Source: an uncultured Pseudomonadota bacterium (GTDB taxonomy: Bacteria; Pseudomonadota; Alphaproteobacteria; RF32; CAG-239). From it: 64,000 nucleotides of DNA. Below the pieces are notes generated by a model, which ran no database searches, had not been told where the DNA came from, and saw only the letters and a list, made by a program, of their open reading frames with translations. Position 1 is the stretch's first letter. Each line of letters starts with the position of its first letter. Shown in pieces: positions 1 through 9,567 of this stretch. Position numbers and translations under genes: made by a program. The stretch spans positions 32,547-96,546 of the forward strand of contig CABUUO010000002.1 in assembly GCA_902494875.1 (NCBI GenBank), given 5' to 3'.

Positions 1-1
1 C

Positions 2-316
2 GAAGAAAGCACTCCGCAAAACGGCGATGAGAACCTGGTTGAAGACCCGGTAGAAGATTGGCTTGCAGAAGAAGGCAAAACCCTGAAAACCCTGCTGACC
101 GAATGGAGCGACAAAGCCGGCTGGAGACTGATTTGGAACTCTAACCGCAATTATACATTGACTGCAGGCGCAATGTTCCGCGGACGCTTTGCCGACGTCA
201 GTTCAGCGCTGATCAGAGCTTTTGCAAGGGCGCGGCCGGCTCCGATTGCAACATTTTATAAAGGCAACCGCGTATTGGTTGTAGAGACACTGGAGGATGA
301 AAATGCATATGAATAA
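2..316 (+). CDS. C-terminal fragment of a pilus biogenesis protein encoded upstream of the secretin (PilM/TcpQ-like position)
   Basis: Reading frame 2 is open from the window edge to a TAA at 314-316 and overlaps the secretin start. The family assignment is by gene position only. Confidence 0.35.
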   Translation, partial: EESTPQNGDENLVEDPVEDWLAEEGKTLKTLLTEWSDKAGWRLIWNSNRNYTLTAGAMFRGRFADVSSALIRAFARARPAPIATFYKGNRVLVVETLEDENAYE

Positions 317-1919
317 TTATACCAAAGCGGTTTTGGGCTTTTTTGCCGCGGCAGCCATCGCCTCATGCTCCATGTCAACGCATCTGGACGCCGAAATTGA
401 ACGCGAAATCGAAACGGCGACCAAACTGAAAGAAGAATCAAAAGCTCCGGGAAAGCCGATTGCTGATGATATCGTACGGGTTAAGAACGACATCTGGCTC
501 GGAGACAAATCTCAAGTCGAATATGAAGGCGAACCCCTTCCCAGTTATCTGGAAGGCAAAGACGGCGTGACGCTTATCAGCAACAGGCCGATTACGCTGT
601 TTGAAATCGGTGACATGATTACCAAAATCACGTCCGTGGGCGTTCGTTATGCTTCTCATCTTGAGAAAGACATTCGCGACATGGCCAAGGAAAACAAGCC
701 GGATCCGGAAACGATTAATGCGGACTGGACCGAACCCGATAAAATGCTGGTTTCCTATAAAGGCCCTTTAAGCGGTTTGCTTGACGAAATTGCCACTCGG
801 TTCGGCATCTGGTGGAAGTATGAAAAAGGACAAATTTACTTCTACAAATATGAAAGCAGGACTTTCGTTCTCTACAGCTTGCCGACAAAACCCTCGCTCA
901 GCGTTTCCATGGGCGGAAGCTCCTCGGGCGAGAGCGGAAACGCGTCAACTACGCTTACCAGCCAGATTGACGTTGCTTTATGGGACAACATTGAAAAAGC
1001 CATTACATCCATGATCAGCGGCGATTCAAAGCTGACAATGGATCCGGCCAACGGAACGATTTCAGTTTTGGCGACACCGATCGAGGTTAAAAGAATTGCA
1101 AAATTCATCAACGAACAAAATGCAAGACTGTCCCGTCAGGTTGCCATCAGCGTAAAAGTCCTGCAGGTCACGGTTGCCGATTCAGACAAATACGGCCTGG
1201 ACATTGCCGCGGCGTTTAACGACGGCGTGACCAGCTTGGGCGTAGCCGGCGCATCCGGTTCGACCGGCGAAACGACCAATAACCTGCTGATGAGCATAGC
1301 CCCCGGCAACTGGAAAGTTGACAGCTTTATTCAGGCGCTGTCTACCAAAAACGATACGTCTTTGGTTACCAGCGGTACGGTTACGACGCTGAACAACAAG
1401 CCGGCGCCGATCCAGGTCACCAAAAAACAGAACTATATTTCCGAAATTACAAAAACAAACTCCGGCAGCAGCGACGGCAGCAGCGACTATGACATTTCAA
1501 CCACGACAGAAGAAATCGAAACGGGTTTCACGCTTGACGTTCTGCCGAGGATTCTGGAACACGGACGTTTGATGATGATGTTCAACCTGACTCTGTCAGA
1601 CCTGATTTCACTGGAGAAGGTTTATCTGACAACCAGCGAAAGCGGCGAAGCAGATTCAGGACAATACATTCAGAACCCGATTGTCGAAACCCGCGGCTTT
1701 ACGCAGGAAGTGGCGATGAAATCCGGTGAATCCCTGATTTTGAGCGGTTATGAACGCGTTGAAAGCAAAGCAGACAAAACCGGTGTCGGTTCGGCAGAAA
1801 ACTCTCTGCTCGGCGGAACGGCCAGCGCTGAAAAAACCAGAAGCATGCTGGTTATCATTTTGACGCCGGTGGTTTTGGAATCGCCGCTGACGCCGGAATC
1901 CAGAATGAAAACATACTAA
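297..1919 (+). CDS. Type IVb pilus secretin, lipoprotein (PilN of R64 / BfpB / TcpC family)
   Basis: N-terminal lipoprotein signal with lipobox (AAAIAS-C). C-terminal secretin-like region (VLATPIEVKRIAKFI...QVAISVKVLQV, Gly/Ser/Thr-rich beta-domain). It is the first gene of a pilus operon. Confidence 0.7.
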   Translation: MKMHMNNYTKAVLGFFAAAAIASCSMSTHLDAEIEREIETATKLKEESKAPGKPIADDIVRVKNDIWLGDKSQVEYEGEPLPSYLEGKDGVTLISNRPITLFEIGDMITKITSVGVRYASHLEKDIRDMAKENKPDPETINADWTEPDKMLVSYKGPLSGLLDEIATRFGIWWKYEKGQIYFYKYESRTFVLYSLPTKPSLSVSMGGSSSGESGNASTTLTSQIDVALWDNIEKAITSMISGDSKLTMDPANGTISVLATPIEVKRIAKFINEQNARLSRQVAISVKVLQVTVADSDKYGLDIAAAFNDGVTSLGVAGASGSTGETTNNLLMSIAPGNWKVDSFIQALSTKNDTSLVTSGTVTTLNNKPAPIQVTKKQNYISEITKTNSGSSDGSSDYDISTTTEEIETGFTLDVLPRILEHGRLMMMFNLTLSDLISLEKVYLTTSESGEADSGQYIQNPIVETRGFTQEVAMKSGESLILSGYERVESKADKTGVGSAENSLLGGTASAEKTRSMLVIILTPVVLESPLTPESRMKTY

Positions 1920-1939
1920 ACTTGATTTAGGAAAAAGCA

Positions 1940-3220
1940 ATGGCGCTTGAAGATGCTAATTTGACAGACATTAATCCTGATGCAGAAGGGAAACGCACTT
2001 GGGGAACCAAAATAACGGTTGACGGCACCAGTTATGCCACCAGTCTGTTCTGGCAGCCCCTGCAAAATCAGGAAGATCCGTTTACGGAAGTCGGAGAAGC
2101 GTCCGAAGGTATTCTGGAAGGCGCCGATTTGTTTTGTATCAAGCCGGGCAAGGCACCGCAGTTTGGTATCTGCGTTTCTCACGAAGGTTATAAGAGCGGA
2201 GAAAACGTCGCCGCGGTTGCTTTGGCAACCGCGCTGTCCGACCGTTCGTCTTTTGTGGCAGTTTTTCAAACCGACAAAGGCTGGTGGTATACCTGCGTCA
2301 GAAACGACATTATCCTTTCTGACGGCGATATGCTGTTTTTAAACGAAGAAGACGCCAAAAACCAATTTATTTCGATGTTGGCCGTACCGGACTGGGGACG
2401 TAAAATTGCACCGGCGGCTTGGGGTATTGAAGAAACCGAGGATATTGAGCTGGAAAAATTGATGCAGCGCGGATTACACTCCAAACTGCAAAAGATCAAA
2501 GGGCTCCGCGGCGCCAAACTGCTGATGGTTATCGGCATTTCGGCAGTAGTTGTTTTCTGGCTTTTGTCTAATATTATTAACGCATTGTTTTTTACCCCCA
2601 AAAAGCGTCCGGTCATTGTTCCGGTTCAGCCTAAAATAATCAAGCCGGTAGTGGAAAAAGCGCCGGAGGTTAAACCTTGGGAACGCTTAAACGATCCGTC
2701 TCAGGTTATGAGCGGATGCATGGCAAAAATCGAACAGCTGGTCAGAATTATGCCGCCCGGATGGCAAATTGGCAACCTCAGCTGCACTCCGACCGGCGTA
2801 TCAACCAGTTGGAACAGACAAATCGGACGTTTGTCCTGGGTAAAAAAAGCTTTGGACGTGTCGGGAATTCAGTTTTCATATCGGACGTTTTCCGATACGG
2901 GCGACAGTATAGCGGCGGGCGTATCGTTGGGAAAAATCGTTCAGATTTCTTCACCGCCGATGAAAAGTCCGACGGAGCTTCGGGAGATGCTGAACGACTT
3001 TTTCCAAGGCATTAACCAAAACGTCGCTTTGAGCGACGGTTCTTATACATCGCCGGAAAAGAATATATATCGCTTTATCGGCTTTCGGTTTTCATCAACG
3101 TACAATCCGGAAGTATGGAGCGGCTTGTTAACAAAATTTTCAGGACTTGAGATTAAAGTTATAAATTATTCACCCAGTACAAATGTCTGGACCTACGAGG
3201 GGGCTATTTATGCATTATAA
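1940..3220 (+). CDS. Pilus assembly protein, PilO(R64)-like, single transmembrane segment
   Basis: 426 aa with one central hydrophobic helix (LLMVIGISAVVVFWLLSNIINALFF). Its size and position after the secretin match R64 PilO / Bfp assembly components. Confidence 0.4.
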   Translation: MALEDANLTDINPDAEGKRTWGTKITVDGTSYATSLFWQPLQNQEDPFTEVGEASEGILEGADLFCIKPGKAPQFGICVSHEGYKSGENVAAVALATALSDRSSFVAVFQTDKGWWYTCVRNDIILSDGDMLFLNEEDAKNQFISMLAVPDWGRKIAPAAWGIEETEDIELEKLMQRGLHSKLQKIKGLRGAKLLMVIGISAVVVFWLLSNIINALFFTPKKRPVIVPVQPKIIKPVVEKAPEVKPWERLNDPSQVMSGCMAKIEQLVRIMPPGWQIGNLSCTPTGVSTSWNRQIGRLSWVKKALDVSGIQFSYRTFSDTGDSIAAGVSLGKIVQISSPPMKSPTELREMLNDFFQGINQNVALSDGSYTSPEKNIYRFIGFRFSSTYNPEVWSGLLTKFSGLEIKVINYSPSTNVWTYEGAIYAL

Positions 3221-4619
3221 TATGAAAAAAATATTTGTGACAACGGCGCTGGCGTTAATATTCGGTTTAACCTGTTCCGGAAATGTTATGGCACAGGCTG
3301 CCATTTCTTTGTCTGATGATGCAAAAAAAGCCGACACCCAATCTGCTGCCAACGAGATTCCAGATGAAATATCTCTGTTTGGCGATGACGGCGACGATAT
3401 TCTGACACCGCCGGCGAAAACCGAACCAGAAACAGCGAAAACCGAAAATAAACCGGAAGCAGCCAAAGATGACAAACAGGCTCCGTCGGAAACGGCAGCT
3501 CCGGGTCTGCCGGTTTTAGACATGCCGGCACAGCCCGAAAACGTTGAAAAGCCGCAAATTCCGGCCATTCCCGTTATCCCGGCCCCGGCGGCACAACAGG
3601 CCCCCCAGCCCGCAGCCATTCCCGAACCCAAACAGCAGGTTCCGGTCTTCAGCCAGTTGGGCAGTCAGATTATTGAAGACATTGACGACGACGTCTTTGC
3701 CAAAATGTCTGATCTTGAAAAAGAAACGGCAGTTTTGAATTTGGAACTGCGCAAAGAAAAAGTCAAAAACGACATTGAGGCTCTGCGCGCCATGCGCGAC
3801 AAAGCCCAAGAAGAGGAAGAAGCGCGCAAACACGCCGAAAAGCTTAAACAAATCGCTCTTGAAAAAGAGGAAGAGCGAAAAATCCTTTTGGAACAGCAAA
3901 AGTTAAAAAATCTTGAAATCGTTTATGAAAAAGAACGTCAGGAAAAGCTGTTAAAGGCATATAAAAACAAAATGCTGGAAGAAAGCCAGAAGTGGATAGA
4001 ACGCAATGCCGAAAATTATAAAGAAATCGCGGACTTGAAAAATGAACGGCAAAAACTTATTAATGACTTTAAGGGCAAGTTTGTCCAACTGACCAAAATG
4101 GCCGATGAAGCAACAAACGAGGCAATCCGGGTACGGGATAATTATGCCAAGACAATATCAGATCTGCAAACTCAGATATCTATTCTCAATGCTCGTCTGG
4201 AAGCAAGCGAGAAAACCAATCCGTTTGCGGAAAACGGCGGAGAACAAGCGGCTCCGCTTGAGGAAGAAGAGGCCTTAAAGCTTAGTGATTTGTATGCCGT
4301 TATGGAAATTCGCGGCAAAGGAAAAAATTTGAGCGCAAAATTGATTAACGAGAGCGGAGCACCATTCTTTGTCAAAGTGGGTACCGTGTTGCAAAGCGGA
4401 CATGTTGTTGACGAAATATCCTCAACTTATGTCCGGGCCGACAAAGAGGGCAGCAAAGATTATCTTTATTTCTCGGCCGGCGGCGTTCTTGATCAGGAAC
4501 CGGTGACCAACGAGGAGTTGAAAGTAAAGGTTTCCGATCCGGAGCAAGCTCCGGCGCCGAGCGGTATTGTTTCAAACCAAGGGATTCCCGGAATTGCTAG
4601 AGAAATGACCGTCAGATAG
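3210..4619 (+). CDS. Secreted pilus assembly protein with Pro-rich linker and long coiled-coil (PilP-like C-terminal domain)
   Basis: Signal peptide MKKIFVTTALALIFGLTCSGNVMA, preceded by a GAGGGGG ribosome-binding site. It has a Pro/Ala/Gln-rich segment, a Glu/Lys-rich heptad region and a C-terminal beta-rich domain. Confidence 0.4.
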   Translation: MHYNMKKIFVTTALALIFGLTCSGNVMAQAAISLSDDAKKADTQSAANEIPDEISLFGDDGDDILTPPAKTEPETAKTENKPEAAKDDKQAPSETAAPGLPVLDMPAQPENVEKPQIPAIPVIPAPAAQQAPQPAAIPEPKQQVPVFSQLGSQIIEDIDDDVFAKMSDLEKETAVLNLELRKEKVKNDIEALRAMRDKAQEEEEARKHAEKLKQIALEKEEERKILLEQQKLKNLEIVYEKERQEKLLKAYKNKMLEESQKWIERNAENYKEIADLKNERQKLINDFKGKFVQLTKMADEATNEAIRVRDNYAKTISDLQTQISILNARLEASEKTNPFAENGGEQAAPLEEEEALKLSDLYAVMEIRGKGKNLSAKLINESGAPFFVKVGTVLQSGHVVDEISSTYVRADKEGSKDYLYFSAGGVLDQEPVTNEELKVKVSDPEQAPAPSGIVSNQGIPGIAREMTVR

Positions 4620-4621
4620 TC

Positions 4622-6310
4622 ATGGCAGATGAGATGGAAAACGAACCGGAAGAGAAAGAAGTCAAGGATAGTCAGGAAAAACCGGCCGACGGAGTACCCA
4701 GCGTAGCGGTTTCAACCGGTCCTGTTGCGGCTCCGATTACCCAGTCTTTAGGCAAGCTGGAACTTTATTTTGCCAACGGACGAAAATTGCTCACCGTTCC
4801 CGGCGGAACTCTTAATATCAATGATGACACGCGCCGGCTTCTGGCCTTGTTCTCTGACGGAAGTTTTTTGGTAGCCGAATCACATAAGTTCGACGGACGC
4901 GTTTTGAGCTTTGAAGTTTTGGCACGCAGGAAACGGATTAACATCTTAAAACCGGTCTATCTGTCTCAAAACGAGCTTAACGCCATTTACAACTATGCCG
5001 AAAGAAACGTTGCCGACGCCGATGCCGACGAAGATCTTGACGCATTGCAAATGCAGAAAGACTTTGTGAACGTTATTGCCCGGGCCGCGGAAAAAAAGGT
5101 GTCCGATATTCACGTTGTGGTGGCAGACAGCACGCAGATTATGTTTCGCGTCAACGGCATGATGTCCATTGAAATGGAATATAACAAAGACTGGGGCGAA
5201 TCTTTTGTCCGCGCGGCCTTTGCTTCGGCGGACATTTCGGACTCCAACTATGCGCAGAACGAATTTCAGGGCGCACAGAAGCTGGGGTCGACCCCTCTGC
5301 GCGGGTCTAAAGGCAAGCTGATGCTGCCGCATAACGTTTTGGCCATCCGCTTACAGTTTAATCCGATTGCGTTTGGTTCTCAATATTTGGTCATGCGTCT
5401 GTTGTATGCCGACGACAATCCTAACGGCAGCGGCGATTTGGCATCGTTAGGACTGGGCGAATATGAAGAGAAGCTGTTTTACCGTCTGAGAGCGGTTCCG
5501 ACCGGAGTCAGCATCGTTTCCGGTCCGACCGGTTCCGGAAAATCAACGACCCTGCAAAGAAACATGATTAAACTTTTGCAGGAAAAGAATTACGAAATTA
5601 ATCTGATTACGGTGGAAGATCCGCCGGAATATCCCATTCCCGGCGCCAGACAGATGCCGGTGACAAACGCCAATACTGAAGAAGAAAAAGATGAACAGTT
5701 CACCAAAGCGCTATCGGCGGCGCTGCGTTCCGACCCTGACGTCATGATGGTCGGTGAAATTCGTTCGCTTTCGGCTGCACAATTGACTTTTAAGGGCGCT
5801 TTGTCCGGACACGGTATGTGGACCACGCTGCACGCCAACTCAGCGCCGGCAATTATCCCCCGTCTGCGCGATATGGGCGTGGAGACATTTAAGCTCGGCG
5901 ACCCGGAGCTGGTTAAAGGATTAATCGGTCAGCGTCTGTTCAGAAAGCTCTGCCCGCATTGCCGCAAATCAGTCAAGGAAATGCTTGACGAACCGGCAGT
6001 ACAGCGTCTGAAAGTAGCTTTGGGCGATTTTGGCATTGAAAACACCTATGTACGCGGTCCCGGCTGTAAGTTCTGCGGAGGTTCCGGAATCAAAGGACGT
6101 ATGAGCGTGCCAGAGATTATTCTGCCGGATGCCATGTTTTTGGAACTGATCATTAAAGGCGAAACCCGTAAAGCCATTGACTACTGGACCAGCGATCTGG
6201 GCGGCAGAACGATGAAAGACGCGGCTATCGAAAGAATGCTGAAGGGATATATTGATCTTGACGAAGTAGAACGCTGGTGCGGACTGATGGACCAGCGCCC
6301 GGTTTATTAA
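4622..6310 (+). CDS. Type IV pilus assembly ATPase (GspE/PilB/BfpD/R64-PilQ family)
   Basis: Walker A motif GPTGSGKSTT and Asp-box/His-box region. It has a C-terminal tetracysteine motif (CPHCRK...CKFCGGSG), typical of secretion ATPases. Confidence 0.85.
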   Translation: MADEMENEPEEKEVKDSQEKPADGVPSVAVSTGPVAAPITQSLGKLELYFANGRKLLTVPGGTLNINDDTRRLLALFSDGSFLVAESHKFDGRVLSFEVLARRKRINILKPVYLSQNELNAIYNYAERNVADADADEDLDALQMQKDFVNVIARAAEKKVSDIHVVVADSTQIMFRVNGMMSIEMEYNKDWGESFVRAAFASADISDSNYAQNEFQGAQKLGSTPLRGSKGKLMLPHNVLAIRLQFNPIAFGSQYLVMRLLYADDNPNGSGDLASLGLGEYEEKLFYRLRAVPTGVSIVSGPTGSGKSTTLQRNMIKLLQEKNYEINLITVEDPPEYPIPGARQMPVTNANTEEEKDEQFTKALSAALRSDPDVMMVGEIRSLSAAQLTFKGALSGHGMWTTLHANSAPAIIPRLRDMGVETFKLGDPELVKGLIGQRLFRKLCPHCRKSVKEMLDEPAVQRLKVALGDFGIENTYVRGPGCKFCGGSGIKGRMSVPEIILPDAMFLELIIKGETRKAIDYWTSDLGGRTMKDAAIERMLKGYIDLDEVERWCGLMDQRPVY

Positions 6311-6326
6311 AGTTTAGGAGAGAATT

Positions 6327-7460
6327 ATGGCAGGCGAACAGGAAAAAAGAAGCGCGTCCAATTCGATGCAAAAGGCTATGCGCAAGCTCAATACGGTTGA
6401 GGAATATTACGCTAAGCTGATTTGTAACTTTTCCAATGAAGCACGATTAAAACTCTATCGCAAAATCGCCTCGCTGATGAGAAACCGCTTTTCTCTGATG
6501 AGTGCTTTGGATATGCTTCATGACAGCGCCAGCGACGGCGGCAAAAGTCCGGGAGAACCGATGGCTATCGCCATTGCCTGCTGGGGTCGGGCGCTCAACA
6601 ACGGTTTGACGTTTTCCGACGCTCTGAAAGGCTGGGCTCCGGACCGTGAACGACTGATGCTGTCGGTCGGTGACGTCTCAGACCTGGAAGGCGCTCTGCT
6701 CAACCTTATTCGTGTTACCGAAGGTTCAACAAAGATGATCCGTCCGATTATCGGCGCAATTGCTTACCCGACCTTTTTGTTTTTGATGGCGGTTTTGATT
6801 ATTTACGGTATCGGCGTATATATGGTGCCGCCGATGTTGGATGCGGCGCCCGGCGTTCGTTGGCGAGGACTGGCAAAAGATCTGGTTGATGTTTCGGCCT
6901 GGATTCAACAATATTGGCTGGTTGCATTTTCAGCACTGCCGATCACAATGCTGGTCATCTACCTGACAATCGGACTCTGGACCGGACCTATCCGCGCCAT
7001 TGTCGATAATATGCCGCCTTATTCACTTTATAAGGTGTTCGTCGGCATCAGTTGGCTGCTGGCCTTGTCCGCACTGGTTAAGGGCGGTACGCCGGTATCA
7101 ACGGCGATGCGGGCCTTGAGGCGCGACGCGACCCGCTATTTGAAAGAAAGAATTGACAAGACGCTGGTCTTCATCAACAACGGTGACAACCTTGGTATTG
7201 CCCTGAAAAAAACCGGACTTGATTTTCCCGATAAGGAAGTTATTGCCGATTTAAAAATTTATTCGGAATTGGATAACTTTGAAGAAGCTCTGGAATCGCT
7301 GGCCAATCAATGGCTGGAGGAGTCCGTTTATCTGATTGAGCAGAAGGCGGCTTTGTTAAATATGGCGGCAATTCTAAGCGTCGGCGGCGTTATCGCCTGG
7401 GCCGTCATGGGCACCTTTGAAATGCAAGACCAAATTACCAGCAGTATGGGACAAGGCTGA
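6327..7460 (+). CDS. Pilus inner-membrane platform protein (GspF/PilC/BfpE/R64-PilR family)
   Basis: 377 aa polytopic membrane protein immediately after the ATPase. An AGGAG ribosome-binding site precedes it. Confidence 0.65.
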   Translation: MAGEQEKRSASNSMQKAMRKLNTVEEYYAKLICNFSNEARLKLYRKIASLMRNRFSLMSALDMLHDSASDGGKSPGEPMAIAIACWGRALNNGLTFSDALKGWAPDRERLMLSVGDVSDLEGALLNLIRVTEGSTKMIRPIIGAIAYPTFLFLMAVLIIYGIGVYMVPPMLDAAPGVRWRGLAKDLVDVSAWIQQYWLVAFSALPITMLVIYLTIGLWTGPIRAIVDNMPPYSLYKVFVGISWLLALSALVKGGTPVSTAMRALRRDATRYLKERIDKTLVFINNGDNLGIALKKTGLDFPDKEVIADLKIYSELDNFEEALESLANQWLEESVYLIEQKAALLNMAAILSVGGVIAWAVMGTFEMQDQITSSMGQG

Positions 7461-8047
7461 TGGAAAAGGCAAAAATAATTTTTAATAAAGCAATAAAAAT
7501 TTTTCATTCACCGGAAAGAATCGGCATTGCCGCGGCCGGAGCCGTTGTCATAATTGCCGCGGCAGCTTGGTTTTTGCTTAAAAGTCCGAAACCAGACGCC
7601 AATATTGTTACGGCCGGCAATCAAATCAGCCTGTTGACAGATAATGTACGAAAATTTTACCGTAATCGTCCCGATGCTTGGGGACTAAATACGCAATCTG
7701 TTTTGAAAAATGCAATTGCTCCCCAGGAAATGGTTCAAAACGGCAAATTGATTAACGCATTAGGAAAGGAAACCTTGGTCGGTGCGGATTCAAACGGCAC
7801 GACGGTTATGCCCGGCAGCAGAAATTTTGCCATTACTTTCAGAGGACTGGATTATGAAGAATGCGTTGAACTGTCCGCACTGGCTCCCGACGAAAAGACA
7901 GCATTGAGCCTTACTTCGGAAACGATTGCCAACGAGACAGAAACAATGTTTATCTGGGGCGGAGAACATCCGCTTCCGATAACAAGAAAAGCTGCGGAAG
8001 AATTCTGCAAACAACAAAATTCTCTCATTTGGAACATATTGTTATAG
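7460..8047 (+). CDS. Divergent pilin-like protein (minor pilin candidate)
   Basis: N-terminal hydrophobic helix. Its C-terminal region matches the pattern of the two downstream pilins (F-x-G-L-x-x-[DE]-x-C-V-x-L-[AS], with a second Cys near the C-terminus). Its start overlaps the platform gene's stop (TGATG). Confidence 0.4.
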   Translation: MEKAKIIFNKAIKIFHSPERIGIAAAGAVVIIAAAAWFLLKSPKPDANIVTAGNQISLLTDNVRKFYRNRPDAWGLNTQSVLKNAIAPQEMVQNGKLINALGKETLVGADSNGTTVMPGSRNFAITFRGLDYEECVELSALAPDEKTALSLTSETIANETETMFIWGGEHPLPITRKAAEEFCKQQNSLIWNILL

Positions 8048-8127
8048 TTTCTGTTTTACAGAATAAAGTTATATGTTTCAAAGCGTAATTATGACTAAAG
8101 ATAGGCTTATTTATCTTTTATTAATAA

Positions 8128-8142
8128 GTTATAGTTAAGATG
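8128..8142 (+). promoter_or_regulatory. Candidate -10 / conserved upstream motif gttataGttaAgatg for pilin gene 1
   Basis: Same 15-mer (2 mismatches) found upstream of pilin gene 2; contains TATAGT. Confidence 0.25.
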
Positions 8143-8183
8143 TGAGAAGAAAAAACTTTGAAGTGTGTTTTAGGAGAAAAGAG

Positions 8184-8798
8184 ATGAAGAGTTTATTCAA
8201 AAATGAGCAGAGCGGACGTTCCATGGTGGAAATGCTCGGCGTGCTCGCGATTATCGGCGTATTGTCGGTCGGCGGTATCTCCGGTTATTCGAAAGCCATG
8301 GCTAAATTTAAACTGACCAAGGCGCAAGACCAGTTGTCCATGATGATTATGAACATCAGAACCGCATTTGCAACCTCCCCTGGTTATCCGGGTTTAACAA
8401 CAAAAAATGCTATTGATTACAAGCTGGTATCTCAGGAAATGGTCGTTGCCGGAAGTACTTCGTTGATTAACGCATTTGGCGGCGATACGATTGTTGAAGC
8501 AATTAACGGAGCGGATGGTACTCCTAACGGTGCATTCCAGATTGTATTCTCCGGTCTCGGTAAAGATGTCTGCGTCAGCTTGGCTACCTCTGATTGGGGT
8601 ACTGACGGCTTAATTGGTATCGGCGTTGCCTCTACCAAAATCAGTAAAATTACAGGTACGCCGTCCGCTGCAGTTTCATTTGCAGGTGGCGGCAGTTTGA
8701 ACGGGCCTAAGGCTCTGCCGTTGTCTATTTCTGACGTTCGTAAGTCCAATGCCTGTGGTTCGGATAACACCAACTCGATTACCTGGGTTTATAACTAA
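8184..8798 (+). CDS. Type IV prepilin (major pilin candidate 1)
   Basis: Leader ...NEQSG followed by RSMVEMLGVLAIIGVLSVGG, with Glu at +5 after the predicted Gly cleavage site. An AGGAG ribosome-binding site precedes ATG 8184. An upstream in-frame GTG at 8142 is an alternative start. The C-terminus has a disulfide pair. Confidence 0.75.
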   Translation: MKSLFKNEQSGRSMVEMLGVLAIIGVLSVGGISGYSKAMAKFKLTKAQDQLSMMIMNIRTAFATSPGYPGLTTKNAIDYKLVSQEMVVAGSTSLINAFGGDTIVEAINGADGTPNGAFQIVFSGLGKDVCVSLATSDWGTDGLIGIGVASTKISKITGTPSAAVSFAGGGSLNGPKALPLSISDVRKSNACGSDNTNSITWVYN

Positions 8799-8824
8799 AG
8801 TTATAAGAGGCATAATTTTCTATA

Positions 8825-8856
8825 AAAAGGTGTGTTTTGACACACCTTTTTATTTT
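8825..8856 (+). terminator. Rho-independent terminator after pilin gene 1
   Basis: GC stem (ggtgtg...cacacc) followed by a T-run. Confidence 0.5.
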
Positions 8857-8874
8857 ACCCGAAATAAATCTATG

Positions 8875-8889
8875 TTATAATTAGGATGA
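8875..8889 (+). promoter_or_regulatory. Candidate -10 / conserved upstream motif gttataAttaGgatg for pilin gene 2
   Basis: Contains TATAAT. It is the paralogous motif to 8128-8142. Confidence 0.25.
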
Positions 8890-8915
8890 TATTATTTAAT
8901 TAAGAGGGGTCAAAA

Positions 8916-9503
8916 ATGAACAGAAACGAACAATCCGGAAGATCAATGGTTGAAATTCTCGGCGTTTTGGCCATTGTTGGTGTGCTTTCTGTCGGCGGTA
9001 TTGCCGGCTATTCAAAAGCGATGGCTAAATTTAAGCTGACAAAGGCACAAGACCAACTGCAGATGATGGTGATGAATATCCGCACGGCTTACGTCACTTC
9101 CCCGGGATTTCCGGATCTTAATACCGCGCATGTAATTGAATATAAACTGGCCTCCTCCGAAATGATGGTTGATTCAAAAAATCTGCTGAACGCCTTTGGC
9201 GGAAAGGTTTATGTTGAGGCAACCGAAAATCTGGAAAGAAATTCCGACGGCGCGTTTGCTATTCTTTATGCCGGTCTGGGGCGGGACTCTTGCGTCAGTC
9301 TGGCAACCTCCGACTGGGGTACGGACGGACTAATCGGGATTTACGTTGATTCGACGACCGACCCGATTAACAAGATCGAAAATCCTAACGCATTGTCCAA
9401 AGAACAACTCAAACAACCTTCAGAACTTCCCATTTCGCTGACAACGGCACGAGAAAAATGCAGTTCGGACAATAACAACCTTATAACCTGGTATTATCTT
9501 TAA
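8916..9503 (+). CDS. Type IV prepilin (pilin paralog 2)
   Basis: The N-terminal 60 aa are nearly identical to the upstream pilin (MNRNEQSGRSMVEILGVLAIVGVLSVGGIAGYSKAMAKFKLTKAQDQL). The C-terminal domain is diverged. Confidence 0.75.
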   Translation: MNRNEQSGRSMVEILGVLAIVGVLSVGGIAGYSKAMAKFKLTKAQDQLQMMVMNIRTAYVTSPGFPDLNTAHVIEYKLASSEMMVDSKNLLNAFGGKVYVEATENLERNSDGAFAILYAGLGRDSCVSLATSDWGTDGLIGIYVDSTTDPINKIENPNALSKEQLKQPSELPISLTTAREKCSSDNNNLITWYYL

Positions 9504-9510
9504 GACTGTA

Positions 9511-9538
9511 AAAGCACCGATTACGGTGCTTTTTTTAT
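9511..9538 (+). terminator. Rho-independent terminator after pilin gene 2
   Basis: agcaccg-atta-cggtgct followed by TTTTTTT. Confidence 0.6.
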
Positions 9539-9567
9539 GTCGTTCCGGTGCTTTCTTTTGTTCTGTT

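Noticed and set aside
3215-3899. Minus-strand ORFs (138 aa, 127 aa) overlapping the secreted coiled-coil pilus gene
   Set aside because: These are antisense shadow ORFs within a Pro/Ala-rich, GC-biased stretch of a supported plus-strand gene.
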